Source of the DNA: Ascidiella aspersa | Taxonomy: Eukaryota | NCBI GenBank assembly: GCA_963924565.1 | Contig: OZ004608.1 | Span: 13,764,001 to 13,828,000 of the forward strand | Reading direction: 5' to 3' | DNA: 64,000 bases | Shown here: in pieces, positions 1 through 12,900 of the stretch | Layout: the number at the start of each line of letters is the position of its first letter | Position numbering within the stretch: position 1 is the stretch's first letter | Translations under genes and position numbers: made by a program | The notes under the pieces: generated by a model | What the model was told of the DNA's origin: nothing | Database searches by the model: none | Seen by the model: only the letters and a program-made list of their open reading frames with translations

Positions 1-153
1 TACGCTCACCTCCCCATTTTTTTGCCCTTCGATATAGGTGCGCCTCTTAGCTCAGCAAGTTGCGCTCTGTATATTTCACAATGCCACCAAATATCGTAAA
101 CAGAATCATGTTTTGTAAGCCAAAGGAAAGGTATAATGCATTTTAGACTACGT

Positions 154-362
154 CAGTGGTTCTCAAATTTTTTATTGTGACAGCTTCAAAAAAGTTTAGT
201 TGGGATTGCGAAGCACCCAGCGATAGTTAATAATTAATCAATGGCTTTTTATTATCACAGTTGAGTTTAGATAGGTCATGGGGTACGAAATCATTGTGCG
301 ACGCACTTATAAAACTAAAACAATCCACCAGGACGTCGCGACGCACAGTTTGAAAACCACTG
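154..362. mobile_element. hAT-type MITE
   Basis: Terminal inverted repeats CAGTGGTTCTCAAA and TTTGAAAACCACTG; TSD degenerate. Confidence 0.7.
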
Positions 363-1044
363 CGTTAAGTGAACGCTTTACAGGTTACCTTGCAGGGGCT
401 TTAAATAACGAAATTTTACAGTAACACCTAATTTTCGCAACACATCTGTGATGTACAAAACTTGTCATTTAAGATCGTATTGAAAACACTTTACATTATA
501 CGCAAAAATAGTTTTATTGCTGTGATTTTAGTTGTAATTTTTGGCTTTTCAAAAATGGCCTTAAAAAAATAAGCTGACTTATTTGGAAAATTGCTGAGCA
601 AATAGTTTAGTGAAATACAGTGTAAAAATGGATAACACAAACTTTGCATATTTTGAAGTAGGAAATGGGCTTATCGCAAATCATCAACGAATAAAGGACG
701 GGAAAAACTGCTCAACCCATTTGCCCTGATTAAGATACGGCTACCTGAAGCAAAAACGACGTATAGGCTACGAGCTTAACCTAACATGATAAACTGTGAA
801 CTTCAGCAATGGTTAAAACGTTTTTTTCAGGACAATTCAAAATTTAGGAAAGTATTAACCTTGTAAAATCTCGAGACCCAACTGTCTTCTGGTGTAGTAC
901 AAGCCATCTTGTGATTTTTCAATAAAAGTATTTTTAATTGTGACGTCATAATAACGAACGGGGTAAAATAAATTTGCAATTTCAGACAAATCAAAAATAA
1001 GCTATTATCATCGATCAAAACAAAACGTAAAAAAATAATTCAAG

Positions 1045-1801
1045 TGTTACATCGTACTTGCCAGTAATCACCGATTTCTATGAGACATTGGTGCTGTACC
1101 GTTGTGAGCTTACTTTCCGATACATGCGGTTTTTCTTTTTCGCCTGACTGTCGTGGTGAAAGTTGTTTTGTGTAAAATGAAGTATTTGTTACTCGAAAGA
1201 TTATTCTTGGTGAGTTGCGTTGTGTATAATGTGGTTTTGCAACCCTGGTAATATGTCAATATGTAAAGTAACATTTGCTAAATTTACTATACCACAAGTA
1301 GTCAGTTCGCCTGGAAATATGGCTTCGTGTATATGATAACGTCATTTATGTAGTATTTACACTGCTCTTGTTTTGCAGTGCCTTTTCTTGTGAACTTTAT
1401 CAGAGTGAAATCTCACTCTTTCCTGACTACATAAATTTGCTTTAAGTCTTGGTAAGTTTATGTTTATGTGTGTGACGTCATAATGAGGCCTTGTTTGCTA
1501 AATTGCTTGTTTTATTTAGGCGTTTGATAAGTTAGTGACGCTGATTGCTTCGAATTTTCCCGGTATTTGAAATTGTACTACGAGTTAATTGGTTTTGACA
1601 CGTTGCCTTTGTGTAGAAACCGTCTCCTTCCCGTATTGTGCCAGCTTCATTGATTCTTTCTTCAGTTCAACAACAAGTTTCAAATTCAAACTGTGTGTGG
1701 TAATTGTTTAAGAGGCTGAAATAGGAGACGCGTTTCCCTACAAGAATTTAGCCTCATATAGCGTTCTGCGCATAGACCGGGCGCATATAACGAACGTTAT
1801 A
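1045..1801 (+). repeat. 5' LTR (757 bp)
   Basis: Starts TGTTACATCG and ends CGAACGTTATA. Aligns end to end with 7932-8722 with about 7 substitutions and 4 indels (11, 25, 3 and 1 bp). Confidence 0.93.
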
Positions 1802-1887
1802 TAAAGTTTCAACTATTGGTCGAAAAGGTTTAGCTCTGGCTAAATCCCAATAAATATTCCTGGTTGAAAGAAGTCCAACACTTTACT

Positions 1888-4800
1888 ATGGATAATTCAA
1901 AATTGTCCAAACTAAACATTCCTGATGTGGTCGCCGACTGTCGACAACGACTAAGTAGTCAATACCTAGTCGCAGAGTGCTTAATGAAGGATAGCCGCAA
2001 CAAGGATGCTCTTGAGGTTGCGTTGGTTACTTTAGAGCAGCTCTTTGCGGACACGGTAAAGGCCTACGAACCCTATCCTCAACTTTCAGACGATTTAGCA
2101 AGCATAAAGGAAAATAAAAATGAATTTGACGACCGAGTTTCTACCTGGGTTCGTCGCATTAGCTTGCAGCCGAATGTTGCTTTACCTTGGCAGACAACCA
2201 GCCCTGAAGCCCCCGATGAAACCCAAAGCGGGGTTCCAAAGGAAAACAGGTCAGTTTGTGGTCTTAGCGTGCGCTCTAGCTCGTCGCATTGTCGTAGTGT
2301 GCGCTATAGTTCTACTACTAGCAGTAGAGTCCGGGTTAAAGCGACAACACGACTTGCGCGTCTTGCAATTCAGCAAACTGCACAACGACAAGAACTGGAG
2401 CAGCAGCACAAAGAGGTAGAGAGGCGCCGCGCTGAAGAAGAAAGGCGTCGCGTTGAAGAAGAAAAGCGTCGCGTTGAAGAGGAACGGCGTCGGGCTGAAG
2501 ACGAGCAAAAGCGACAAAAGGACGCGATGGAGATGTTGGAACTACAACATCAATTACAGGTAGCTGAGGTGGAGGAGAAAGTCTGGGACGAGGTGTCAGG
2601 AAATACAGAGTACATGACGGTGAAGGAAGGTTCTGAAGGAACGCCTACGTCATTACGAGAGCAGCTGCTCGAGGAGCAGCGTCGCGTCATGTTCACGTCA
2701 CCACCTGTCACGTCCAGGAGAAGCCCCTCGGATCAACGGTATGTGGTTGACAGTGTAGCTTTATCTGATCCCCCGTCGCGATATATCCCTAACGCAACGC
2801 CCTCCTTTGACGATCGAGATTACCTAACATCAGAAACCCCAAAAGTTTTACCCGTTTGTGAAAATAGAACGGTCAAGCAACAAACCACGCATGAAAGTGA
2901 ACTCGCATCGCTCGTGAAGCATATAAACAGACCCAAGCCCGAGGTAATTATATTCGATGGTAACCCAATGGACTATTGGAGATTTATTCGCAATTTCGAT
3001 TCTCGTATCGACGACAAGGTCGATGACGAAGGAGCCAAATTATCGTATTTGGTCCAGCACTGTGAGGGCAAGGCCCGAAGGTTGATCGAATATTGCTACA
3101 GACTGAGGGACAATGGTTATCGACAAGCAAGACAACTGCTATATGACCAATACGGCAAGTCGCGTATTATTGCGCATGCATGCGTAAGGTGCGTAGTTGA
3201 TGGTCCGGAGTTACGTCCGAATGATGTCGCTGGACTAAGCGAATTAGCGCAATCGCTGCGCGACTGTTTACTCACTCTTTCAGACATTGATGAGCACTCA
3301 GAAATGAACAACTATCCAACACTGATTGTTGTTGCAAGCCGCCTCCCGTTTAAGATGCAGGAAGCTTGGAAGCGTCGGGTTGACGAGATTGTCAAAAAAA
3401 CTGGTCGTGAGCCTCTGTTCCAGCATCTCGTTGAATTTGTGGAAACTGAAGACCGAATCGCGAACTCACTCTTTAGTCGGATGCTGGACGAGCATCGGAG
3501 TGAAGCCAAAAAGGTCAAAGCTAAAGGTAATAATGTAAGGGCCTCAAGTCACGCTATTTGGACGGAGGGAGAGCCCGAAGCCCAGGCTCGCCCTGGATCC
3601 TCCAAGCTTCCCACGAACCGACTGTGCCCCTGCTGCTCAGAAAATCATAGTCTCACAGAGTGCAAAGAATTCAAAGCCCGGTCGTACAGTGACCGCGTGC
3701 GCGTTGTCCGACGCAGCAGGTTGTGCGACAACTGCTTTCGATACGGACATGTCGCTGTAAGGTGTTATAGCCCAAAGGCATGTTCCGTGAAGGACTGTAA
3801 TGGAGCTCATCACGACCTGATGCACCCTCAGGAGAAAAAAGAAGAGGACCTCTCCCCTACCAAAGGTCCAGCTCCGGAACGAACAGTAGGCTCGGTCGTG
3901 TCGGCGAGAGAGGAAGATTGTCATGCTTCATCTGGTCGCCAGGCCGTAAATTTGATGATGGTTGCGGTGCGGGTCAGTGTCAATGGCAAAGCTGTGAACA
4001 CATATGCCCTTTTGGATACTCGCTCTGGTGTCACTTTGTGTGACAAGAAGCTGACGAATAAGCTCGGATTACAAGGAGAACCTAGCAGTGTGACAATTAA
4101 GACGGTAAATGGAGACAGCCGCCGGAGAGACGGCAAAATGGTGAGTTTTTCCGTAGCCTCGCTTGACGGTGCTGCGACGGTGGAACTTCCCGAAGTGATT
4201 GCCGTTGACTGTCTGCCAATCACGGCTAACAGATTTCCAAAAAGAGCAGAGTTGGACAGACTGCCACACATCAAGGATTTGTCATTTCCCATGTGTTGAC
4301 TGCATTGAAGCTCTACTGCTTATTGGACTGGATGTTCCAGAGGCCTTTATCGTGGAAGACGTACGGAAGGGCAAACCAAAGCAACCCATTGCGTTCAAGG
4401 TTCCGCTGGGATGGGCATTGGCAGGACCTATCGGAACACGATCTAATGATTCGTTCTCTGTTAACTTCACTCGTGTGGCTGACGACTCGCTGCAGGAGAA
4501 GTTGGAACGACTCTGGAAGACCGACTTCCATGACACCAATTGCACCGAGATGCCGATGTCACGGGAGGATCGCTATGTTTTGGATCAAATGAAGAGAGAA
4601 GTAAAGTTCGAACAAGGACATTACGTGCTGCCGTTGCCGTGGCGCCCAAATGAACAGCCGTTGCGTAACAACCGTGTCATGGCTCTTAATCGTTTGAGCT
4701 AGTTGGAACGCCGCTTAGTTCGTGATGACGTGCTGCGCCGCGCTTACACCGATACCGTTGAGGGCTACATAGCTAAAGGCTATGCCGAGGCGATCCCTGA

Positions 4801-7800
4801 AGAGGAACCCGATGAAGACGTGGTGTGGTACTTACCGCATCACCCTGTTACAAATCCACACAAGCCTGGTAAAATACGTGTGGTATTCGACTGTGCCGCC
4901 AAGTATCGTGGACAGTCGCTGAACGAAGCTTTACTCCAAGGACCTGACCTAACTAACTCGTTAGTTGGTGTTCTTTCTAGATTCCGGATGGAACGGATTG
5001 CTCTTGTGGCGGACGTTGAGGCTATGTTCCATCAGAACCGCGTGCAACCGACAGATTGCGACGCACTTCGGTTTTTATGGTTGCCGGGGGGTGACGTTTC
5101 GAAGAAGCCTACTGCTCACAGGATGGTAGTACACTTGTTTGGGGCTGCTTCCTCATCCTCGTGCGCGAGCTTTTGCTTGAAGCAAGACGCCGAGGACCTG
5201 CAAAATGAATTTCCGAAAGAAACTGTCGAAACAGTAAAGAAGAATTTCTATGTCGACGACTGTCTAAAGTCCGTGCCAACAGAAGCGGAGGCTGTTCTGC
5301 TGGTCCAAAGCATCCGCACACTTCTCGAGAAAAAGGGTTTTCGATTGACGAAATGGCTAAGTAACAGCCGGCAAGTACTCGCGTCCATCGATGAAAGTGA
5401 ACGAGCAAAATCCGCAAAGGAGCTAAACCTGGATGGTTCGTGCGAAAGAGTCCTCGGAGTCCGTTGGAACGTTAGCTCCGACGAGTTCGGTTTCAATGTC
5501 GATGTGAAGCAACCGAAGTCGTTCACTCGAAGAGCAATCCTTTCTGTGGTAAGTTCGTTGTATGACCTTCTTGGCTTTGCAGCTCCCTTGCTTGTGGTGG
5601 CAAAGATCATGCAGAGGGATCTATGCAGGAAACAGCTTGGATGGGACGACGTGCTTTCCAAAGAAGACACCGAAATGTGGAAGAGGTGGCTGGATCAATT
5701 GTCGCGCCTGGAAGGTGTCACTCTTCCTAGATGTGTGCTGCCACGCGTTTTCGGCAAGGTGCGAAACACAGAATTGCACCACTTTGCAGATGCATCATCT
5801 GCGGCCTACGGTGCGGTGACATATCTGAGGCTGGAAGACGACCGATGACTAATTCACTGTTCGTTTGTGATGGGTAAAGCACGTGTTGCTCCCCTAAAGA
5901 CATGTTCGATTCCGCGCTTGGAGTTAACTACAGCCGTTCTCGCGGTCAAATTGGACCAACTTGTGAGGAGGGAATTGGATTTGGGCGAGTGCCGATCGGT
6001 ATTCTGGACGGATTCGACGGCGGTTTTGCAAAGCATTCGCAACTGCAAGAAGCGATTTCCTGTGTTCGTGGCCAATCGCCCGGCCAAAATTGAAGATGTT
6101 TCTATTCCAAGTCAATGGAGGCACGTAAACACGAACGTAAATCCAGCCGACGAGGCATCACGTGGATTAAACGTCAAAAAATACCTGAAATCAAGTCGAT
6201 GGCTCACTGGCCCAAAGTTTCTTTGGGAAAGCGAGGATACCTGGGCCTCCCCACCGGACTTGTCCCCGTTGCCATTCCAGTTTTTGAATGAAAGGAAGGA
6301 GGATCAAACGGTCTGTTTGATTGCCAATGAGTCTTCCACTGATCGCTTAATCGCCAAATACTCCTCCTGGAATCGCCTGAAGAGGGCTGCTGGCTGGTTA
6401 CTTCGATACAAGTTGATGTTGCTGTCAAAGCTTTTCCCGTCAAAATATCAAGCTGCGACGGGTCGCCTGACTGTTGTCGAACTCAGAGCTGCTGAGCGCG
6501 AAATAGTGAAATACGTGCAGCAAACCAGTTTCGGCGAAGAAATCGCTGCGGTGTCTAAGACAAAGGACAAAGCTGTTTGCCTACAAAGGAAGACTGGGCC
6601 CCTGAGAAAGCTAAGTCCAATTTTGGTGGACGGAATTTTGAGAGTTGGAGGAAGACTCGAACGAGCGATGATCGACTTTGATGTAAAGCATCCAATCATC
6701 CTTGCATATAACCACCGAGTTACGGACCTGGTGATCATGCAACAGCATGATGAAGTCGGACATGCTGGGATGGGGCACACGTGGTCGTCCCTCAGGCAAC
6801 GCTACTGGATCATTAAAGGTGGTGTAGCGGTACGACGTGTTCTGGGCAAGTGTGTCTCCTGTCGACGACGAAACGGTTCCTTGGGAAATCAGATGATGGC
6901 GGACCTCCCTGCTGCAAGGCTACAGGCCAAAGGACCACCGTTCTCAGCGGTTGGTGTCGACTACTTCGGACCCTTTCTTGGAAAACAAGGGCGCAGCGAC
7001 GTAAAAAGGTACGGGTGTATCTTTACTTGTTTTTCCACCAGGGCTGTTCGCATCGAGATATCACATTCCTTATCGACGGACTCGTTCATTGGAGCTCTAC
7101 GACGTTTCATCGGTCGTCGCGGACGTCCGGACGAAATCTTCAGTGACAACGGCACCAACTTCGTTGGTGGTGAACGCATACTGCGTGAAGAGCTAAAGAA
7201 GTGGAATCAACATCAGATTTACACATATTTACAGCAACGTGAAATTGCGTGGAACTTCAACCCCCCCACTGCCAGCCACCTGGGTGGCGTTTGGGAGCGC
7301 ATGATCCGCTCCGTGCGCAAAATTCTCAATGCAATTCTTGCGGAGCAGATCTTAACAGATGAAAGGCTGAACACTCTGATGGTGGAGGTCGAGGCGATCC
7401 TGAACTCTCGTCCCTTGGTCCCTGTGGCGTTCGATCCCAGGCATGAAGGGCCCCTAACACCTAACCACGTACTGCTGCAACGTGCAGCGCCGAACATGCC
7501 CCCCGGGCTGCTTACGGAAAAAGACTGTTACCATCGCAACCGCTGGCGGCAGGTGCAATACCTAGCTGACCAGTTTTGGAGGCGATGGTCTCGGGAATAC
7601 CTGCCGACGCTCATGACCAGATCCAAATGGACGAAAGGACATACTAATTTCGAAGCCGGCGACGTCGTGCTGGTGGCAGATGACAACCAGCCTAGGAGCA
7701 AATGGCTTCTGGGTCGCGTGATCGATGTACTTCCTGATCGAAAGGGGATCGTGCGTCAAGTGATCGTCAAGACTCGTGCTGGTGAATTGAGACGCCCGAT

Positions 7801-7846
7801 CGCGAAATTGTGTTGGTTACTTCGTGATGACACGAAGCGTGATTAA
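1888..7846 (+). pseudogene. BEL/Pao gag-pol polyprotein, interrupted by one frameshift (about 4290) and two in-frame stops (TAG 4700-4702, TGA 5846-5848)
   Basis: DUF1759-type FDGNPMDYWRF; three Cys/His knuckles (CPCCSENH, CDNCFRYGH, CSVKDCNGAHH); protease ALLDTRS; RT WYLPHHPV...KIRVVFD...FYVDDCL; RNase H LHHFADAS..AYG; SIPRLEL; integrase HHCC, GVDYFGPF, SDNGTNF and GGVWERMIRSV. Confidence 0.93.
2419..2505 (+). repeat. 21-bp tandem repeat in gag encoding a charged helix (EEERRRV-like units)
   Basis: Three to four imperfect GAAGAAGAAAGGCGTCGCGTT-like units. Confidence 0.8.
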
Positions 7847-7931
7847 TCGTATATGCTGTATTCGCAATTACTGTCCGATGTTTGTGTTTGTTGTGAATGT
7901 ACTCCTCGGATTCGTACATTGTTGGGGGGTA

Positions 7932-8722
7932 TGTTACATCGTATTTGCCAGCAATCACGGATTTCTATGAGACATTGGTGCTGTACCGTTGTGAGCTTAC
8001 TTTCCGATACATGCGGTTTTTCTTTTTCGCCGGACTGTCGTGGTGAAAGTTGTTTTGCTGCTGTTTTGTGTAAAATGAAGTATTTGCTACTCGAAAGATT
8101 ATTCTTGGTGAGTTGCGTTGTGTATAATGTGGTTTTGCAACCCTGGTAATATGTCAATATGTAAAGTAACATTTGCTAAATTTACTATACCACAAGTAGT
8201 CAGTTCGCCTAGAAATATGGCTTCGTGTATATGATAACGTCATTTATGTAGTATTTACACTGCTCTTGTTTTGCAGTGCCTTTTCTTGTGAACTTTATCA
8301 GAGTGAAATCTCACTCTTTCCTGACTACATAAATTTGCTTTAAGTCTTGGTAAGTTTATGTTTATGTGTGTGACGTCATAATGAGGCCTTGTTTGCTAAA
8401 TTGCTTGTTTTATTTAGGCGTTTGATAAGTTAGTGACGCTGATTGCTTCGAATTCTCCCGGTTGCCCAAATAGTTGGTGAGCATAATATTTGAAATTGTA
8501 CTACGAGTTAATTGGTTTTGACACGTTGCCTTTGTGTAGAAACCGTCTCCTTCCCGTATTGTGCCAGCTTCATTGATTCTTTCTTCAGTTCAACAACAAG
8601 TTTCAAATTCAAACTGTGTGTGGTTGTTTAAGAGGCTGAAATAGGAGACGCGTTTCCCTACAAGAATTTAGCCTCATATAGCGTTCTGCGCATAGACCGG
8701 GGCGCATATAACGAACGTTATA
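7932..8722 (+). repeat. 3' LTR (791 bp)
   Basis: Direct repeat of 1045-1801, followed immediately by the TSD TCAAG. Confidence 0.93.
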
Positions 8723-9989
8723 TCAAGTATTTTATAAAATAATACTTTTTTATGAAAAAAGCGCGCAAAAACCTGTCCACGTTTATTGCAATGTTGGTAC
8801 CAGACTTGGACAATATAAAATACTAGATAACTCCACTTTTCTAAATCAATGAATTAGAGCAAAATTATAATTCGTTTTGATTGTATGCTATAGTTCTAAT
8901 CTAATTCGGATTTTCCAACAAATGCTAATTTGTCCAACGACATTTTTGGTATCTCAGTCAAAACAACAAATTGTAATAAAACAGTGGTCGGAACGACTTG
9001 AAGTTGATTTTTACTATTTTAATTTGAATAAACATATATTATTTCGCTAAAAAAATGAATAATTTTAACATATGCCCTTTATATTTCTATTGAAAAGCAA
9101 AAAAAATTACACAATATATGTGTTTTGTTTAGCGATGCATATTTTTGGAAAGATATTAATAAATATTCCTTTTAACACTATTTTCGCACTATTTAGCACT
9201 CTAGCCAGGATATTATGCTATCCGTAACATTACTTTCTAGTAACATGGTAAATTGCCTTGTTTAAATCATCGGCAATAAGACGCGGCTCAAGCAAATGAC
9301 GCAGAGTACAACATAACATTTATTAGTTATTGGGAGGCCTCAGCTTGATGGAATTTTACATTTGGTTAACCTATACTCGAGAATGATTTGAACCTGGGAA
9401 TACGCATTGACATGGTTGCTGCTTTTACCAGGGCCGCATCATACTTTAATTGTGAGAAAGTACTTACTTGACCCGCTTTATAAACAATACATTACTTTTG
9501 GTTACATGTTAAATTACACATTTATTCCATTTACACGGAAATGGTTCCCCATAATATGCGATGGTGATCAACAATTAACAGCTTGCTGGCTTCATACACT
9601 TGTAACCACGCAAAATCGGGGAATTGCACGAATGCACGTAATGTATGGCGTTTATTGCAAAACGCTGCATACTATTGTTACAAGTAAATACCTTATTGAA
9701 CCTGGGCAACACCGGGTATTTCGTCTAGTTCATGATTAAGTAAACCCGTACTTTTTTTTTTATATTAACACGAAAAACCTCGTCTTTTGCATAACAGAGC
9801 GCGCAAGGGGTATTTTGTTTTAAGTTTTGCATTTATCATATACTCATACAAACGTGCTTTAACCCAGCAAAGCTGAAAGGCCCCCAACATACTTTTGCGT
9901 TTTTAAATGATATAATCTCTAAAAAATACGATCAACTTTTTCAGACAAACTATAGTTGATTCTATCAAAGACTGAAAAAACTACTTACG

Positions 9990-12900
9990 GTTACTTCCAC
10001 GACGTCCATAGCAGCCTCAGAATCCGACGATGTCATCACTCGGAAAAGAATATTAGTCGTGCCGGTTTCGGCTTCGGTTATTTCCCTGCTTACGGCGGGG
10101 GCAAGGCTGAGCAGCTCCAGTCGGAAGGTCACCTGGGTGGGTACGCCGGGGCGCAGTGGGTACTGGACCCAGGACACGTCAACGGCCCCATTTACCACTT
10201 GGAAAATGTCGTACGAGCATTCGACTTGTATCTGTAATGATAAGCACAAAGCTGTGTTAAATTTACCAACAAAAAAGGCCAACATAAAGTTATAAATTCA
10301 CCAGTTAAAAACTATTTATTTTAACTTTATCAAATCAATATCTATAAGTGGTTTTAATCGGACCATTTGAATATAACTATATATATATATATATATATAT
10401 AGCCAACATAGTATTTACTTTTTCTAGGCACCATCTAAAAAAGAGGTTGAGCATTTGAGTAAAAGTTGGTGAGCTATACTTTTGAGATACGTAAGTTAAG
10501 AATATTGCCCTAAATGAACTTCTAAAGGTATTTTAATGTGAGATACAGTTGAATAATAAACACATTTCTAATTTTTGCGTTTTATGCATATTTTACATTT
10601 ATTTAACCACTATGAAAGTCATCGCTAAACTGTAATTAAATCTCGATCTTTACTTTACCACGTACTGCAATTTAGACACCTGTATACGCTTACTAAATGT
10701 AATGAATACATTAGGCAATTTAAGCAAACGATTAACTAAAATTAAAGAACGGCCCTTTTTCCTACACATTTGTACGCCTAAAAGTGTTTAAATGGAACAG
10801 TGTTCAGCGTTTTTACGCAACGATTTAAAAAGAAATTAAGGCCAACCTCCGCATGTGCCACGTTGTTTGTCCGATCGGAGTCTTTCTGTCCGTAAGCGAT
10901 CAGTTCTGCGATGAGATAGGCACGCCCGCAGTAGGCCAGGTCTCCCTTGACCAGCTCGGCGCTAAAAGCGTTTTTCACGACGAGAGCGCGCTCCACCTGT
11001 GACCAACCGGACTCCACCGACCCGGATATTTGGCTGGACACGACCAGGGCGCGCCTGGTTTCGGACACCGTAAGGGTGGACGAGAATAGGTGAAGGTCGT
11101 TTTTGCGTTGGTTGTTGGTCGTTTCCAGCGTAGGGTTTGTAGAAAGGTAAAAGCGCAGAAACGGCATTGAGTCGGCAAAGTGGATTAAGCTCTGTAAAGG
11201 TAAAAAAACGTCGCAAAAGCCCGACCGGTAAATGTTCGGCAAACTGGCTCTAGACCAGGGGCGGGCAACTTACGGCCCGCGGGCCGGAAGCCCGCGACGG
11301 GATTTTGAGCGGCCCGCAGACAGTTTCCCGTTTTACATAATAATGTGGCCCGCGGCAACAGTCTGCCGCAATCCCCCACTGCTTACAACGTCAAATAATA
11401 GTGATTGCTAGTTATTCTTTAGGTCTTTGTCTTGGATTAAAATTATAGGACTCTAGCAATAATATCGAAACAAGAACAACATTAACATCGGAATAACACA
11501 CAGTTCGGAATAAGATCAAAATAGGACTAATACCGTAAAAAGTCATAAACCCGTCGGAATAAAACCTAAATGGCCACAATTAGGCCTATAAAACATTTTA
11601 ACTAACCCTAAACCCCACCCGTAAGTAAATCACAAACTCCCCTAATAATTTCAACCCTAACTCCACCCATTACACACCAATAACCCCAAAGAGCGCTAGA
11701 AAATCAGGTGCCAAAACAGCGGCGCCATAACGGCTCCCTTTAAAGTAAGGTACCCAAAATTCGACACCAAAACGGACAATGCCATTATACCTATGGCCTC
11801 CGGTCGTCCCATACCTCTCTCCCTACAGTTTCAGGCGTTGTTTTGGGCATTTAGGCCTTATTCCTAAGAATTTAGGACTTATTCCGACAGATTTATGTCT
11901 TATTTAGACGATGCAGTTCTTATTCTGTCGTAGATATTCCTGCGTGTTTGGCTTTATCATGTCGTTGGTCTTAATACTATGGTTTTATTGATTGTTCTGC
12001 TTCAGGTCTTGGTCCTCCTTAGGTCTTATCGTGTGTTCCCAAATTAGATTTAGAATTTACAATCAATATTTTTCCCGATTTTGCCAAGAAACGTAAAGTA
12101 GCAAATTTAACAAGGATTGGATGCCTAAGTACTTTTCACTCAAATCGGCAAGAAGGCAGTATGTTTGCTGTGCAATGAAAGTGTTGCCGCCAGTATGCGG
12201 CAAAACATGTATGCTATGGCAGTACAATTAATTTATCTTAGGAATCCGGCCCGCCAAGTACTTTATTTTCCCATGTCAGGCCCGCCGACTGGAGAAGTTG
12301 CCCGCCCATGCTCTAGACCATAGGAGAGGTAAAGGTTTGAAGTTTAAAATCATTGAGAGTACTAATTGTACTGTTCAATTGTTTAGTTTATTCCATACAG
12401 GAGTTGCAGAATGAAGGTGACCGGAGGTGTTTGTTCTGGTCTCAGTAAGGGACAGTAGAAAGAGCATATAAGCAGACAATAAAATGTCATTAATAGAATA
12501 CAACAGAAATACTGTTTGAAAGATAAAGTAATAGGCGTACAACCCTGGCACACATGACTAATTAATTATTAAAGAGTCAACTTTGAGGTACCGATTTCCA
12601 AAAACACGAAACCCTTTAAACCGGATATTTTCATAGTTAAAAATTGCGTTAAAAGAAAAAATGAATCACATGGTAGTAAGATATTTGTCGAACATTCTTA
12701 CTATATTTTTTTGCAGGATGGTCCTAAAATTGATCAGCTAGTGGTAACTACTTACAACATTCTGTCCATGCGCGTTGGATGGGTGGGACTGGATCAAGGT
12801 CGTGACCTCTAAGCGTAGATCGCCCTCGGTAACGACAGGTTCACTCGAGACTTCGTAAAACAGGGAAACGCTGGCGGTCGCCGAGATGGTGGAAAGTGAA

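Larger units (their letters stand above)
1045..8722 (+). mobile_element. BEL/Pao LTR retrotransposon, full length, coding region disabled
   Basis: Two near-identical LTRs (1045-1801 and 7932-8722), a perfect 5-bp TSD TCAAG (1040-1044 and 8723-8727), a G-rich tract (GTTGGGGGGTA) just before the 3' LTR, and gag-PR-RT-RNaseH-IN order with BEL-specific motifs. Confidence 0.96.

Noticed and set aside
2120-8172. Many alternative-frame and antisense ORFs over the BEL element, including a possible env-like ORF at 7853-8149
   Set aside because: These are shadows of GC-rich coding DNA or run through the LTR. Only about 85 bp separate pol from the 3' LTR, and no motif supports them.
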